A stretch of 63,377 bases of DNA, filler included, from Rhabdomonas costata (taxonomy: Eukaryota), in assembly GCA_019059605.1 (NCBI GenBank). It is 39 parts of 39 records of this genome, joined end to end, with 100 filler letters (N's around TTAATTAATTAA, not from the genome) between each part and the next. Parts side by side here need not be neighbours in the genome. Positions count along the whole stretch, not along the records: positions 61,851 to 63,377 come from JAHMHO010013783.1; 38 more parts are not named here. The stretch is one strand, 5' to 3'. How positions within the stretch are numbered: the first letter of the stretch is position 1; every line of letters begins with the position of its first letter. Positions 61,909-63,377 of this stretch are shown piece after piece. Made by a program: the position numbers and the translations under genes. Under the pieces are notes generated by a model. The model made no database searches. It was given only the letters and a program-made list of their open reading frames with translations, and had not been told where the DNA came from.

Positions 61909-62625
61909 GAAAAGCGCCTGCGCTCGCTGCAGGATCTTCTCAATCGTGGGGTGCCCACAGCCAATGACCAGAGCAATCCCCTTGCCTTCCACTCGAATAG
62001 CTAGCACATGCTCCACGGTCTCCCCTGCCACGAATAGCCACCGGGTCATGGGACCCATGCTGAAGATCCCTGGGCGAAGCTCCTGTGGGCCGGCAACCAC
62101 CGTGACAGCGGCGTCGGTCCGGTTAAAGGGGGACGGCTGGAGGGGCTGCGGTGCAAAGACGTGGACGCGGCGGATGTCGGTGGGGCCCTGGGAGAGGCTG
62201 AAGGTGCGGGACCTCATCTCTTTCTTACCGCCAAGGTGGTCGAGGTGTGGATGTGTCAGGAAGATCATGTCGACGTCTTCGAGCGCTATGTTCAGAGCCT
62301 GCATGTTCTTCAATAGAGGAGAAGGGTGGACGCACTTCGTATTGAATCCTAGGTCCACCAGAATCGTGGTGTCGTCCGCGCGGATCAGGTACGAAACCCC
62401 AGGCTCGGTGTGAAGCTCGGGGCGAGTGGTGTAAAAGTCAATCAAGGGCAGGATGGTCAGGTTGCGCACGGAGCTGGTGGGGGGAAACTTGCGAAGGACA
62501 GTTTGCGTCGCCTTTGTGTCGGCCAGGCGCTGGCCTTGCTGAGCAACGGACACCAGCCGAGAGACTCGCGCGTACAGGGCCACCGCGGCGCTCGCAAGCA
62601 CAACAGAACCTCCAATTCGAAGCAT
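61909..62625 (-). CDS. MBL-fold metallo-hydrolase with N-terminal hydrophobic anchor (3'-partial)
   Basis: EPGVSYLI, ILVDLG, THPHLDHLGG (HxHxDH), GCGHP; intronless; truncated by a fold-back at the contig start. Confidence 0.9.
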
Positions 62626-63377
62626 TCTCAGAAGCAGAAAGAAGCTGACAGTCGTAGAGATCAAGAAGATAGATCATGATCAGAAAGACATACCGACAGC
62701 TCTAACCTGATTTCGGGGCTTTCCTTAGGCAAGCTAACAGAGACAATCGAAAGCATGTCTGGTGATGCTGACCATCATGAGTGAACTTGAAGCCAGTACT
62801 CTCTCCTTTCACCCATCACATTTTTAGACGGAAAAGGAGTCCTTTCTACAAGTATCTACAGGCACAGATTCATGATCATTCGAGCTCGCCTCTGCCTCCG
62901 CAAACGCGGCTCACATCTGGAAGGAGTTTTGGCACAGCAATAAAGCCGTGCGGGTGGATGCTCATTCAACTCTCTTTTGTTATACTCGCTTTAACACCGA
63001 CGAAACTGTTGATCAAATTCTGCAGCAATGACAACCATATCTTTCCTGTTCCCATTTCACCACATCGCTGAACATAACCCTTCATACTGGGTGACCTTTG
63101 AATTAGTGGACGGTCCATTGAATTCATCACGTGAAAAAGCGATTTCAGAAACCAAGTCAAAATCAAATTTGTGGCAACAGCAAAATGGTGCCACCCACAA
63201 CTCTTCCTTCGACAAAACGAAGGCGAACCTTGCATCTTGGAAACCCAACAACAACGTAGATTGTAAACCTCATAACTGCGCGTAAAAACCTCACTGCACT
63301 TCGACGCTGAGTTCAAAAAAAGGAGGGGCACTGACAAGGAGGCAGGAAAACAGCCGTGGCCTAGGTCAACCAAAAAA

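Noticed and set aside
61858..61992. Inverted repeat inside the MBL hydrolase gene
   Set aside because: Interrupts a conserved CDS at the contig edge with its own reverse complement, i.e. a chimeric read end.
11724..62625. ComB + MBL hydrolase + SenB-like GT as a cofactor-biosynthesis cluster
   Set aside because: They lie on separate unlinked contigs grouped only by length.

Overview
This window is not one locus. It is 39 unlinked ~1.53-kb contigs joined by artificial 100-bp spacers (N44-TTAATTAATTAA-N44), so neighbourhood across spacers means nothing. Most contigs come from an intron-rich eukaryotic protist, tentatively a euglenozoan/euglenid (inference). Manual splicing recovers gene fragments: TTLL2-like, TRAPPC8, HAMP-type nucleotide cyclase, ComB-like phosphatase, eIF3f, ABCG, TM9SF1, kinesin, DYRK1, CHAP/NlpC-like cysteine hydrolase, GH20, GT71, LeuC/LEU1, AROM-type shikimate kinase, GLT1D1/SenB-like GT, CAMK-group kinase, MCM5, an LRR protein and an MBL hydrolase. 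Decayed mobile elements include two DIRS/YR-type RNase H copies, a CRE-like non-LTR relic and a Merlin-like relic. Two intronless contigs look viral: one very AT-rich and NCLDV-like, one Polinton-like. The best leads are an apparent GA-AG intron in leuC, intron-containing bacterial-type enzymes, and the virus-like contigs. No CRISPR array, RNA gene or multi-gene novel system can be supported. All family calls are motif recognition by eye, not database results.
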